DNA of 64,000 nucleotides from an uncultured delta proteobacterium (GTDB lineage: Bacteria > Myxococcota_A > Polyangia > Fen-1088). Both the position numbers and the translations under genes were made by a program. This document shows, one piece after another, positions 51,538 through 60,030 of the stretch (positions within the stretch are counted from its first letter, which is position 1; every line of letters starts with the position of its first letter). The notes below the pieces were generated by a model. That model was not told the DNA's origin. It worked only from the letters and a program-made list of their open reading frames with translations, and did not search any database. The stretch is from the NCBI GenBank assembly GCA_963767925.1, contig CAVYGB010000002.1, positions 800,001 through 864,000 of the forward strand, given 5' to 3'.

Positions 51538-52185
51538 TCAGGCTCCGCGCCGTTCCAGGCCGCCGTCGCTGGCGGTCGAGGAGAGGATCAGATGTGCCAT
51601 CGTGTCGATCCGGCCCATGGTGCGGCGCACGCGCCCCTGGAAGATGTTGTAAGCGATGACGGCGGGGATGGCCACCAGCAGGCCCACCGCGGTGGCGACC
51701 AGCGCCTCGGAGATGCCGCGCATGACCACCGCCGCGCCGCCGCCCTGGTTCTGGGCCAGGTCGGCGAAGGAGCGGATGATGCCGAGCACGGTGCCGAACA
51801 GCCCGATGAAGGGGGCGTTGTTGCCCAGCGTGCCCAGCACGCCGAGCCGTTTTTCCAGGGACATGCGCTCGCGCGACTTGACGCTGGCCATGGCCTCCGC
51901 GGCCGCCTCGCGGCCCCGGCCGATCTCGGACAGCCCCACCAGGCCGACCCGCGCCTCGGGGGTGCCCGGGTCGCCGATCGCCTTGCGGGCCCCGGCGAGG
52001 TCCCCCTTGCCCAGCGTCTCGAGCAGGCGGGAGGCCAGCAGGTCGAGGTCGGCCAGGTTCCGGGGCAGGGCCAGCCCCCGCTCGACGATCACCGCCACCG
52101 ACAGCACCGACAGGAAGATGAGCAGCCAGAGGACCCATTCGGACCCCAGCAGCGTGAAGGCGAGCAAGCGTTCGGTGATTCTCAT
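51538..52185 (-). CDS. exbB: ExbB/TolQ/MotA proton channel
   Basis: APFIGLFGTVLGI and GISEALVATAVGL. Confidence 0.93.
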   Translation of the reverse strand: MRITERLLAFTLLGSEWVLWLLIFLSVLSVAVIVERGLALPRNLADLDLLASRLLETLGKGDLAGARKAIGDPGTPEARVGLVGLSEIGRGREAAAEAMASVKSRERMSLEKRLGVLGTLGNNAPFIGLFGTVLGIIRSFADLAQNQGGGAAVVMRGISEALVATAVGLLVAIPAVIAYNIFQGRVRRTMGRIDTMAHLILSSTASDGGLERRGA

Positions 52186-52261
52186 GGTGTCTCTCGAGCG
52201 GCGTGAAGCTGCCGCGGGGCCTGCAAAATTAGCATAGAAAGGACCTCCCGCGGTGGCGGCG

Positions 52262-53248
52262 TCATGGGGCGAGGAGGGCTTCGATCACCACGGTCGCGTA
52301 GGAGCCGGAGGGGAGGGAGAAGATCAGGCGGAGGCGGGCTTCGGGTTCGGTCTCGGCGGGAGGGGTGCCGAGGGTGACGGGGGCCACCACGGCGCGGCGG
52401 GCGCCGGGCAGGTCGCGGCCCAGGGGGGCCAGCTCCTCGCGGCGGACCCCGACCAGGGCGAGGGCCTCGTCCTCGAGGCGGCGGGCCTCGGTGCCCTCGG
52501 GCGGCTCGCGCTCGCGGTTGCCGGGCAGCGGGCCGGTGGGGACCACCTCGCCGGCGGCGACCCGCTCGGCGTCGCGCTGCAGGTCGTCGGTAATGAACAG
52601 CCCGCCGCTGTCCCGCTTCTGGAGGACATCCCCCTCGCGCAGCTTCAGCAGACCGCCGCTGGCCGCCCGCAGGTCGAGGGCGTGGTTGAACACCGCCGAC
52701 TGCAGGGCCGACAGCATGAACTGCCGCTTGCGGTGGTCGCGCTCGCGGCGCTCGCCCCGCAGCAGGGCCAGGGCGGTGGCCACGTTGTCCCCGGCGGCGC
52801 CGAAGCGCTGGTCGCCGAAGCGGTTGGGGACCCCCAGGCGGCCCAGCTCGAGCAGGCGGGCCGTCAGCCGCTCGGCCTCGGCCGGCTCGACCTGCTCGAG
52901 CACCACCTCGAAGCGGTTGCCCTTGTTGTGCCCGAGTCGGAGCTTGTTGCCGTGCCGCTCGGCGCGCAACACGCGCCAGTCCGGATCGCCGAGGGCCAGC
53001 GCCGCCTCCGGCGCCAGGCCGGGGACGCTGAGGAACTGGCGGGTGGTGGCGTGTCGGTCCTTCTGCCCCGCGAAGCCGACCTCCCGGTCATTGACCCCGG
53101 CGGCGCGGGCCACCCTGCGAGCGGCCTCCCCGGTGGTGAGCCCCCGCTTCTCGATCCAGAGGTAGGTGTGCTCACCGGCCCCGACGGGCTGGTAGGAGGG
53201 GATCTCCTCGACCACGAAGGTCTCGATGCGGGAGTTGAAGACGGCCAT
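52262..53248 (-). CDS. truD: tRNA pseudouridine(13) synthase
   Basis: FVVEE, GEH, AGQKDRHATTRQ, GNRF, PNRFGDQRFG and LPSGSYAT. Confidence 0.95.
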   Translation of the reverse strand: MAVFNSRIETFVVEEIPSYQPVGAGEHTYLWIEKRGLTTGEAARRVARAAGVNDREVGFAGQKDRHATTRQFLSVPGLAPEAALALGDPDWRVLRAERHGNKLRLGHNKGNRFEVVLEQVEPAEAERLTARLLELGRLGVPNRFGDQRFGAAGDNVATALALLRGERRERDHRKRQFMLSALQSAVFNHALDLRAASGGLLKLREGDVLQKRDSGGLFITDDLQRDAERVAAGEVVPTGPLPGNREREPPEGTEARRLEDEALALVGVRREELAPLGRDLPGARRAVVAPVTLGTPPAETEPEARLRLIFSLPSGSYATVVIEALLAP

Positions 53249-53370
53249 GAAGAGGACCTCGTGGGCGAAGGGGCGGATGGGTGTGCAGACGGCCGGGGCC
53301 GATTTTACAGGTAACCGGGTTCTGTCGCTGCGCTCGGGCGCGACTGGAGCACCGAAGGTTCACTGCGGAG

Positions 53371-53500
53371 CCCCTTCACCCTTCGCTCGCGCCGCGCAGC
53401 GGGGCGAGGCGAACGGCAGCGGGGAGCCCGCGCGGAAGGTGATCGGTGCAACCAGCCGCTGTTCGCCCTCGCCCCGCGCAGCGGGGAGAGGGAGGGGCGA
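53371..53500. repeat. Inverted doublet of REP-like hairpins
   Basis: CCCCTTCACCC..GGGGCGAGGCGAAC facing GTTCGCCCTCGCCCC..GGGGAGAGGGAGGGG. Confidence 0.7.
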
Positions 53501-53665
53501 CTAGTCCCCTGGAACGGTGATTTCTTGCATATCTCGCCGGTCCTCTTCGTCCCTGGCTGCGTTGCTCGTCGGTTACATACGCCCGGTATTCGCCCTCCTC
53601 GCGCCTTGCCAGGAACGAAGATGCCTCGCCGACATATGCAAGCCTTCACCGTTCCAGGGGACTAG
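53501..53665. mobile_element. 165-bp MITE, copy 2, with perfect 20-bp terminal inverted repeats and CTAG ends
   Basis: CTAGTCCCCTGGAACGGTGA ... TCACCGTTCCAGGGGACTAG. Confidence 0.9.
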
Positions 53666-53682
53666 CAGCCCGTTGACGGCTG

Positions 53683-54444
53683 CTAGTTGCGGCTCTTGCG
53701 GATGGAGCGGGTGGTGGGGGCGGCGGCGGTGGCGTGGCCGCCGCTCTTGACCAGGGCCAGGTACATCTTGGCGAACTTGTTGCCGGGCTGGATCTGCATC
53801 ACCTCGCGCCACTCGCGGGCGGCGTCCTCGTGTTTGCCGGCGGCGAAGTAGGTCATGCCCAGCTCGAGGCGGGGACCGGCCAGCTTGCCGTTCTCCTTCT
53901 TGACCCGCTCGAACTCGCGCGTCGCCGCCAGCAGGTCGCCCGAGGAGCGGTAGGCCGCCCCCAGCTTGTTGCGGATGTCGACGTAGCTGGGGCAGAGGGT
54001 GAGGGCGCGCTGGAACTCGTGGATGGCCTCGCGCAGCAGCCCCGCCTCGGCGTAGGCCACCGCCAGGTCGGCGTGCATGTTGGCGATCTTGCCCTTGACG
54101 TAGGGGTCGACGGTGGAGGGCGTGGTCATCGCCTTGCGGGCGGCGAGCATCTTCTTCTCGACCTCGCGCGCCTCCTTGTAGTTGCCCTGCTCGTTGTAGG
54201 TGACGGCCAGGTTGATGGCCGCCTCGGTGTAGCCCGGGTTGAGGGCCAGGGCCTCCTCGAACATGGCCTGGGCCTTCTTGTTGAGCCCCTTGTGGGCGTA
54301 GATCACGCCGAGCATCTGGTACACGTCGGCGAAGGGCTGGCGGTCGCGCACGAGCTGCACGAGGCACCGCTCCGCCTTGTCGTAATCGTTGATCGCATAG
54401 TGCTCGCGCCCACGTCGCAGGAGGCGCCGCGTGCGATCATCCAT
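53683..54444 (-). CDS. TPR repeat protein
   Basis: Repeated ALALNPGY.EA..NLA and ALTLCPSYVD..NKLG. Confidence 0.9.
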   Translation of the reverse strand: MDDRTRRLLRRGREHYAINDYDKAERCLVQLVRDRQPFADVYQMLGVIYAHKGLNKKAQAMFEEALALNPGYTEAAINLAVTYNEQGNYKEAREVEKKMLAARKAMTTPSTVDPYVKGKIANMHADLAVAYAEAGLLREAIHEFQRALTLCPSYVDIRNKLGAAYRSSGDLLAATREFERVKKENGKLAGPRLELGMTYFAAGKHEDAAREWREVMQIQPGNKFAKMYLALVKSGGHATAAAPTTRSIRKSRN

Positions 54445-55378
54445 TCGCCGCGGTCCCGTCCGGCGGCGCCTCGGGTGCCGCGTCCTTGGGGCTGTCGCCG
54501 TACCGCTGCCGGATGAACTCGATGTAGAGCTGCGCGCGCTGGGCCTGCAAAGCCCTGCCATGTTCCTTGACCACCCGCTGGAAAGTCGTGCGGGCCATCA
54601 GGGTGTTGCCCATCTCGAGGTGGGTCTGCCCAAGCACGAGCAGCAGCTCCGCCTCGCGCCCCGACTCCGGGTAGCGGCGGATGGCCTGCTCGATGCGCAG
54701 CACGGCCGCCCGGGGATGGCCGGTGTCGAGGTAAAAGCGGGCCACGTAGACCTCGTGCTCGATGAGGCGAGCCATCACCTGCTGGCGCAGCTTCTTCACG
54801 TCGACGACGTGTTTGGAGTCGGGGTACTTGTCGAGGAAGTCGGACAGCTCGCGGAAGGCGTCGCGGACGGCGGTCTGGTCCTTCTCGAAGGCGGGCGGCA
54901 CCAGGAACCAGTCGCCCGGCATCTCCTGCACGTAGCAGTCGGCGATCTTGAAGGCGACGTAGCCGTCCTCCACCTTCTCGTGGGTGGGGTGCAGGCGGGC
55001 GAACGTCTTGTAGGCGTCGATCGCCTCCTGGAAGCTGGCCCGTTCGTACTGGGTGTCGGCCAGGGCCAGCTCGGCGAGGACGGCGTAGCGGGAGAAGGGG
55101 AACTTCTGCTTGACGAAGGAGAAGTAGCGGGTGGCCTCGGCGAAGTTCTCGTCCTTCAGCTCCTCGAGCCCCTTGTCGTAGTTCTGCTTGGCGGTGAGCG
55201 AATAGGTGACGCCCTTGCCGTCCTCGTCGGCGGTCGCGCACCCGCCCGCGCCGGGGGCCAGCGCCAGCACGGCGAGGAGGGCGCCGAGGGCGAACGCCTG
55301 CCGCCGGTCCGGTCCCGCGATCGGGCCCCGGCTAGGTTGCCCCTGACTCGTTCCTGCTCCCTGTGACTGATTCTTCAC
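54437..55378 (-). CDS. bamD: Outer membrane protein assembly factor BamD
   Basis: Lipoprotein; FPFSRYA..AEL, HPTHEKV, DQT and EVYVARFY; start codon uncertain. Confidence 0.9.
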   Translation of the reverse strand: MKNQSQGAGTSQGQPSRGPIAGPDRRQAFALGALLAVLALAPGAGGCATADEDGKGVTYSLTAKQNYDKGLEELKDENFAEATRYFSFVKQKFPFSRYAVLAELALADTQYERASFQEAIDAYKTFARLHPTHEKVEDGYVAFKIADCYVQEMPGDWFLVPPAFEKDQTAVRDAFRELSDFLDKYPDSKHVVDVKKLRQQVMARLIEHEVYVARFYLDTGHPRAAVLRIEQAIRRYPESGREAELLLVLGQTHLEMGNTLMARTTFQRVVKEHGRALQAQRAQLYIEFIRQRYGDSPKDAAPEAPPDGTAANG

Positions 55379-55503
55379 CGATCAGGTATCCTATAATCGG
55401 CATGTCCTTCCGTCCATGGGCTCGTACCGGCGCTTTCCCGAGCGGGAACGCCGGCTTGGTCAACGGTCCGGGCGCCCGCTCGGGTGCCCCCCTGGCCAGC
55501 ACC

Positions 55504-56280
55504 ATGGCCACTTTGGCGCGCGGGCCGGGCGGGGGGTGGCGCGGCGGCGCGGGCGGGCTGCTCGCGCTCGGGCTGCTCGCCGCCTGTGCCTCCTCCGGAC
55601 GCAGCGCGGGGCCGCCCGCCTCGGACGTGACCGTGGTCCGGCACGTCGATCGGGTCGACCCCAATCCGCCCGCCGTCCGCCTGGCCGGCTCGCGCTGCGA
55701 GACCCCGGGCAGCGACGGCGCCTGTGCCTGCCGCCAGCCCGGCGACGAGGGGGAGAAGGAGCCACCGGCCGAGGGGAACAAGCGCCTCGAGATCCGCCTG
55801 TCGGTCGACGAGGGCGAGGGCGTGCTCGAGTCGCCGACGATGGGCCGGCTCGCCGCCAGCGGGCTGCGTGAGACCTGTTATTACCTGGACGTGCCCGCCG
55901 GCAGCAAGGCGGGGTTCAACTTCGTGGCCCGCGCCGCCCGCCCCGAGCGGGGCTTCACCCCCCGACTGACCATCTCGGAGTACGGCCCGTCAGGACCCTT
56001 CTGGTACGAGATCTTCGCCCTCGAGTGCGCCGGTGTGTCCGGGCGCTGCGACCGGCCGGGGGCCGACGCCTGGGGTGCCCGCATCAAGAACAACCGGAAA
56101 CGGGGGCGCAACGATCCGTGCGGTTCCCTGGTGGTGACGGGCCTGGGCTGGGAGACCACGGGTGGGCAGCACGAGCGCGACGCCGGGTATTACCGGGACT
56201 TTGTCGTGCGCTTCGACATCGAGGTGAAAAAGTTCGCCACCCAGTTCGCTCCCCACTCGACCGAGTGCGTTCCGAAGTAG
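55504..56280 (+). CDS. Hypothetical Cys-containing lipoprotein
   Basis: Lipobox LAAC; several paired Cys; start codon inferred. Confidence 0.7.
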   Translation: MATLARGPGGGWRGGAGGLLALGLLAACASSGRSAGPPASDVTVVRHVDRVDPNPPAVRLAGSRCETPGSDGACACRQPGDEGEKEPPAEGNKRLEIRLSVDEGEGVLESPTMGRLAASGLRETCYYLDVPAGSKAGFNFVARAARPERGFTPRLTISEYGPSGPFWYEIFALECAGVSGRCDRPGADAWGARIKNNRKRGRNDPCGSLVVTGLGWETTGGQHERDAGYYRDFVVRFDIEVKKFATQFAPHSTECVPK

Positions 56281-56297
56281 TAAATCGAGCGCACGGC

Positions 56298-58121
56298 ATG
56301 AGGCTTCATCTCATCGGCATCGCGGGCACCGGTATGGGCTCTTTGGCCGGCCTGCTCCGGGCGGCCGGGCACGAGGTCCGCGGCTCGGACGAACACGTCT
56401 ACCCGCCGATGTCGACCCAGCTCGCCGACCAGGGCATCGAGATCTTCCAGGGGTTCGCGGCGGCGAACCTGGACTGGAACCCCGACCGCATCGTCGTGGG
56501 CAACGTGTGCCGGCGCGACCACATCGAGGTGCAGGCGGCCCAGCAGCGAAACATCCCCCTCACCTCCTTCCCGGCCCTGCTGTCCGAGCTGTTCCTGCAG
56601 CAGCGGCGCTCGGTGGTGATCTCGGGCACCCACGGCAAGACCACCACCTCGTCGCTGATGGCCCACGCCCTCCAGGAGGCGGGGCGCGACCCGTCGTTCC
56701 TGATCGGGGGGGTGCCGCTCAACTTCCGGCAATCGTGGCGCCTCGGCGAGGGGGAGGACTTCGTGGTCGAGGGCGACGAATACGACACCGCCTTCTTCGA
56801 CAAGAAGTCCAAGTTCCTGCACTACCGCCCCCAGATCGTCATCCTGACCTCGGTCGAGTTCGACCACGCCGACATCTTCCGCGACGAGGCCCACGTCAAG
56901 GACGCCTTCCGCGAGTTCGTCGAGCTCATCCCCTCGGGCGGCGACCTCGTGGTGTGCGCCTCCTCGCCGGGCGCGCTCGAGGTGGCCAAGTCGGCCCGCT
57001 GCCGGGTCACCACCTACTCGCGCCCCGGCTTCCCCGCCGACTGGACCTTCGAGACCAGCGGCCAGGCCAAGGGCGGGCGCACCGAGATGCGCATCGTTCG
57101 CAAGGGGACGGTGAGCGGCGCGGTCGAGACCGGGCTGCCGGGCGATTACAACCTCGAGAACCTGCTGGGGGTCATCGTCGCCGCCAACTGCATCGGCGTG
57201 CCCCTGCCGATGCTGGCCCGGGCCAGCCAGCGGTTCCTGGGGATCAAGCGCCGCCAGGAGTTCCGGGGCATCGCCAACGGCGTCACCGTCATCGACGACT
57301 TCGCCCACCACCCCACCGCCGTGCGCGAGACCCTGGGCGCCCTGCAGGGGCGCTTCGGCCCGGGCAAGCTGTTCGCCTGCTTCGAGCCGCGTTCGGCCAC
57401 CAGCCGGCGGTCGGTCTTCCAGACCGAGTTCGCCCAGGCCCTGGCCGTCGCCGACGAGGTTGTGCTGGCGCCGCTCTACGCCCCGGAGAAGATCCCGGTC
57501 GCCGAGCGCCTCGACATCGACCGGCTGGCCGCCGACCTGCGCGCCCGCGACGTGCCCGCCCGGGTGGCCCCCTCGGTGGAGGACACGGTGAACCACCTCG
57601 CCGATCGGGCCGGCCCCGGCGACACGGTGGTGGTGATGAGCTCGGGCGACTACGGCGGCCTGCACGACAAGCTGCTGGCCAAGCTGGGCGATCCGGTGCG
57701 CCCGGCCCGCCTGCAGGACAAGACCGGCCTCAGCGGGCTGCTCAACCGGGTCGGCATCAGCCACCCCCTGCTGCACCAGTTCTGGCCGTTTTACCTGGTG
57801 ATCCCCGCCCCCGACTCGGTGATCGGCTGCGTGTGCCTGGAGCGGGTGGAGGACGTGGCCTTGCTGCGCATGCTGGCCGTCACCCCCGAGCGCCGGGGCG
57901 AGGGCCTGGGCTACCTGCTCGTCGACACCGCCGCCAACAAGGCCCGCGCCGAGGGCGTGCGCCGCCTGTACCTGGTGACCGACGGCGCCCAGGGCTACTT
58001 CGGCGAGAAGCTCGGCTTCGAGACCATCGACCGCAAGGACGTCGACTCGGCCATCGCCAACACCCTCGAGTTCCAGATGGCCCGCTCGAAGACCGCCACC
58101 TGGATGCGCAAGGTCCTTTAG
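56298..58121 (+). CDS. mpl: Murein tripeptide ligase Mpl/MurC-like with C-terminal GNAT domain
   Basis: GIAGTGMG, GTHGKTTT, EGDEYDTAFFDK and DDFAHHPTA; C-terminal LLRMLAV..RRGEGLG. Confidence 0.92.
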   Translation: MRLHLIGIAGTGMGSLAGLLRAAGHEVRGSDEHVYPPMSTQLADQGIEIFQGFAAANLDWNPDRIVVGNVCRRDHIEVQAAQQRNIPLTSFPALLSELFLQQRRSVVISGTHGKTTTSSLMAHALQEAGRDPSFLIGGVPLNFRQSWRLGEGEDFVVEGDEYDTAFFDKKSKFLHYRPQIVILTSVEFDHADIFRDEAHVKDAFREFVELIPSGGDLVVCASSPGALEVAKSARCRVTTYSRPGFPADWTFETSGQAKGGRTEMRIVRKGTVSGAVETGLPGDYNLENLLGVIVAANCIGVPLPMLARASQRFLGIKRRQEFRGIANGVTVIDDFAHHPTAVRETLGALQGRFGPGKLFACFEPRSATSRRSVFQTEFAQALAVADEVVLAPLYAPEKIPVAERLDIDRLAADLRARDVPARVAPSVEDTVNHLADRAGPGDTVVVMSSGDYGGLHDKLLAKLGDPVRPARLQDKTGLSGLLNRVGISHPLLHQFWPFYLVIPAPDSVIGCVCLERVEDVALLRMLAVTPERRGEGLGYLLVDTAANKARAEGVRRLYLVTDGAQGYFGEKLGFETIDRKDVDSAIANTLEFQMARSKTATWMRKVL

Positions 58122-58546
58122 GGGCCGTGGACAAGGCGACGCTCCGGTTAGGCCCGTCTGACCGCACCGGCCGAGTAGCGTGCTGGGCACCATGCAGCGG
58201 TACGTGATGTTCTCGTGGTGCCGCAGGTGGGTGCGCCGCATGGGCCTCGACGTATCGGTAGAACCCGGCGTCCGCCAAGATCCTTTTCATCGCCCGGTAG
58301 TACAGGCGGCGCTGCGCCGCAGCTGCTGATGCCTGACGAACAGGTCCTCCTGCTCCTCGCCTCGTTTTCCCAAGGCCATGGCGGCATCGTGCAGGAGTCG
58401 AGATCCGTCGTCGATCTCGATCAGGCGTTCAGTACCACGTCGACCCGCCACCCGGCCTCACGTGCCGCAATGTCGCCCAGCATGCCCATCGACCGGTGCA
58501 TTCAGACGGGCCAGACCGGACCGTCACTTTGTCCACGGGCTGTTAG
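58118..58546 (-). mobile_element. Internally deleted IS (IS5/IS1182-like) with ~65-bp imperfect inverted repeats and a transposase 5' remnant
   Basis: CCGTGGACAA.G.GACG.TCCGGT..GGCCCGTCTGA..GCACCGG.CGA at both ends, inverted; TTAG on both flanks; frameshifted MALGKRGEEQEDLFV / YRAMKRILADAGFYRYVE. Confidence 0.75.
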
Positions 58547-58549
58547 GGC

Positions 58550-59776
58550 CTAACCGACGAGCGCATAGCTCTCGATCCACTCGATTCCGCTTCGCACGAC
58601 CGGCGACGCGTTGACCACGTACACAGTGGCTTTTGTTGCCCAGGCAACACGAACCACGACATAGAGCAACGCGTGGAGGTAGCTCTGGCTGAAGACGGAC
58701 CAGTTCATGAAATCGAGCGCGACAGGTTCTCCCAGAGATACGCGCGGGAGCAGCGTGCCTTTGGCGAAGTCCACCGCCGCACGGGTGTCCTCACTTGCCA
58801 CCGAGACCAAGAATCGCGGAACCGCAGGCGGAAAGGAGTCAGCAAAATTCACGACGCCGCTCGTGACACGACCAGGAAGTTGAGCATCGGCGTTTCTCTT
58901 GATTGCCGTGAAAATTTCGCGGAAGTCGCCGAGGCTGTCGAGGATGCACTCGAAGACCACCAGCGTTCCGGGGAAGCCACCGTGATCCAGGAACGTCGCA
59001 CGATCCTTGGGCGAAGGCAGATCACGCCTCAGCAAAGCATCGCCACGGGAAGCCAGGAGAAATGACCCACCGGTCATCTTGGCGAGCTCTGACAGGACGT
59101 ACAGCCCAAGCCCAGCGTTTTCCATGGTCCCCGTTTGGCCCTCCGGAAACGTCCCGGAGAAGTGAGGCAGCAAGGACTTCTGGAGAGCGGTCTGAACGTC
59201 AGTGATACCGGGGTGATGCCGTCTTCCGGTCAGCGCCTGGAAAAGGCCGATGCCAGCGTCACCGACGGCGACTTGTACCCTGCGGGAGACTCCGGGGCGA
59301 TCGATGACCTGCGCAGCTACGACTCCACCAAGTCGATCTTCACTATGCTGGACGACGTTTCGGAGCAACTCGATGATGACGTACTTCACGGCATCGAACG
59401 TGGGGGTACCGATCCCTCCCGTTACGAGCCGAGCGATCTCCCGGGCAAGTGGCGCGCGGTCGGGTAGCTCCATCTCGTTCGCTTGGTTCCAGCCGAATCT
59501 TGCCAGGGTCACGCTCCGGTCTGGCTCGACCGCGATCTTTGGGGGGGTCCCCTCGACGACGCTCGCCAACCCCACAGCGTGTGCAAATTTCGAGAACCCA
59601 TCTTCGCCGGCGACGACCTGCATGGGCGACGACTGATCACGCCGCGCTACCGTCGCCAGTGCGACCAGGACGTAGATATCAGCGCCTACGATCTCCTCCA
59701 GGTGCTTCGGCTGACGGTTGTCGTTCAGCCACCGCAGGAATTGCGCTGCATCGGTCAGCGAGAAGTAGTGGCTCAC
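58550..59776 (-). CDS. HATPase/GHKL (anti-sigma kinase-like) protein with probable STAS-like C-terminal domain; lower GC
   Basis: ELLRNVVQHS, GDAGIG and NAGLGL; atypical codon usage. Confidence 0.75.
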   Translation of the reverse strand: MSHYFSLTDAAQFLRWLNDNRQPKHLEEIVGADIYVLVALATVARRDQSSPMQVVAGEDGFSKFAHAVGLASVVEGTPPKIAVEPDRSVTLARFGWNQANEMELPDRAPLAREIARLVTGGIGTPTFDAVKYVIIELLRNVVQHSEDRLGGVVAAQVIDRPGVSRRVQVAVGDAGIGLFQALTGRRHHPGITDVQTALQKSLLPHFSGTFPEGQTGTMENAGLGLYVLSELAKMTGGSFLLASRGDALLRRDLPSPKDRATFLDHGGFPGTLVVFECILDSLGDFREIFTAIKRNADAQLPGRVTSGVVNFADSFPPAVPRFLVSVASEDTRAAVDFAKGTLLPRVSLGEPVALDFMNWSVFSQSYLHALLYVVVRVAWATKATVYVVNASPVVRSGIEWIESYALVG

Positions 59777-60030
59777 GGTGTACCTCGAATCATCGAGCCT
59801 ACTCTGGTTCGACGCGACAAGAGAACGTATCCGAGACGGAATTGGACTCGCGCGTCAATGCCGAGCCTACTATCCGGACAACGACCGGCGACCATCTGGC
59901 GGCCACGATCTTGGCGACTGCGGTGGGGCGATGGGCCGCTGGCCTCTAGCCAGGCTCTCTTGAGACAGCGAAAACGTTTGCCGGTAAGCTGCGGCTCCTC
60001 GCCCCGCAAGCGAGGAGGGAGTACCGCACC

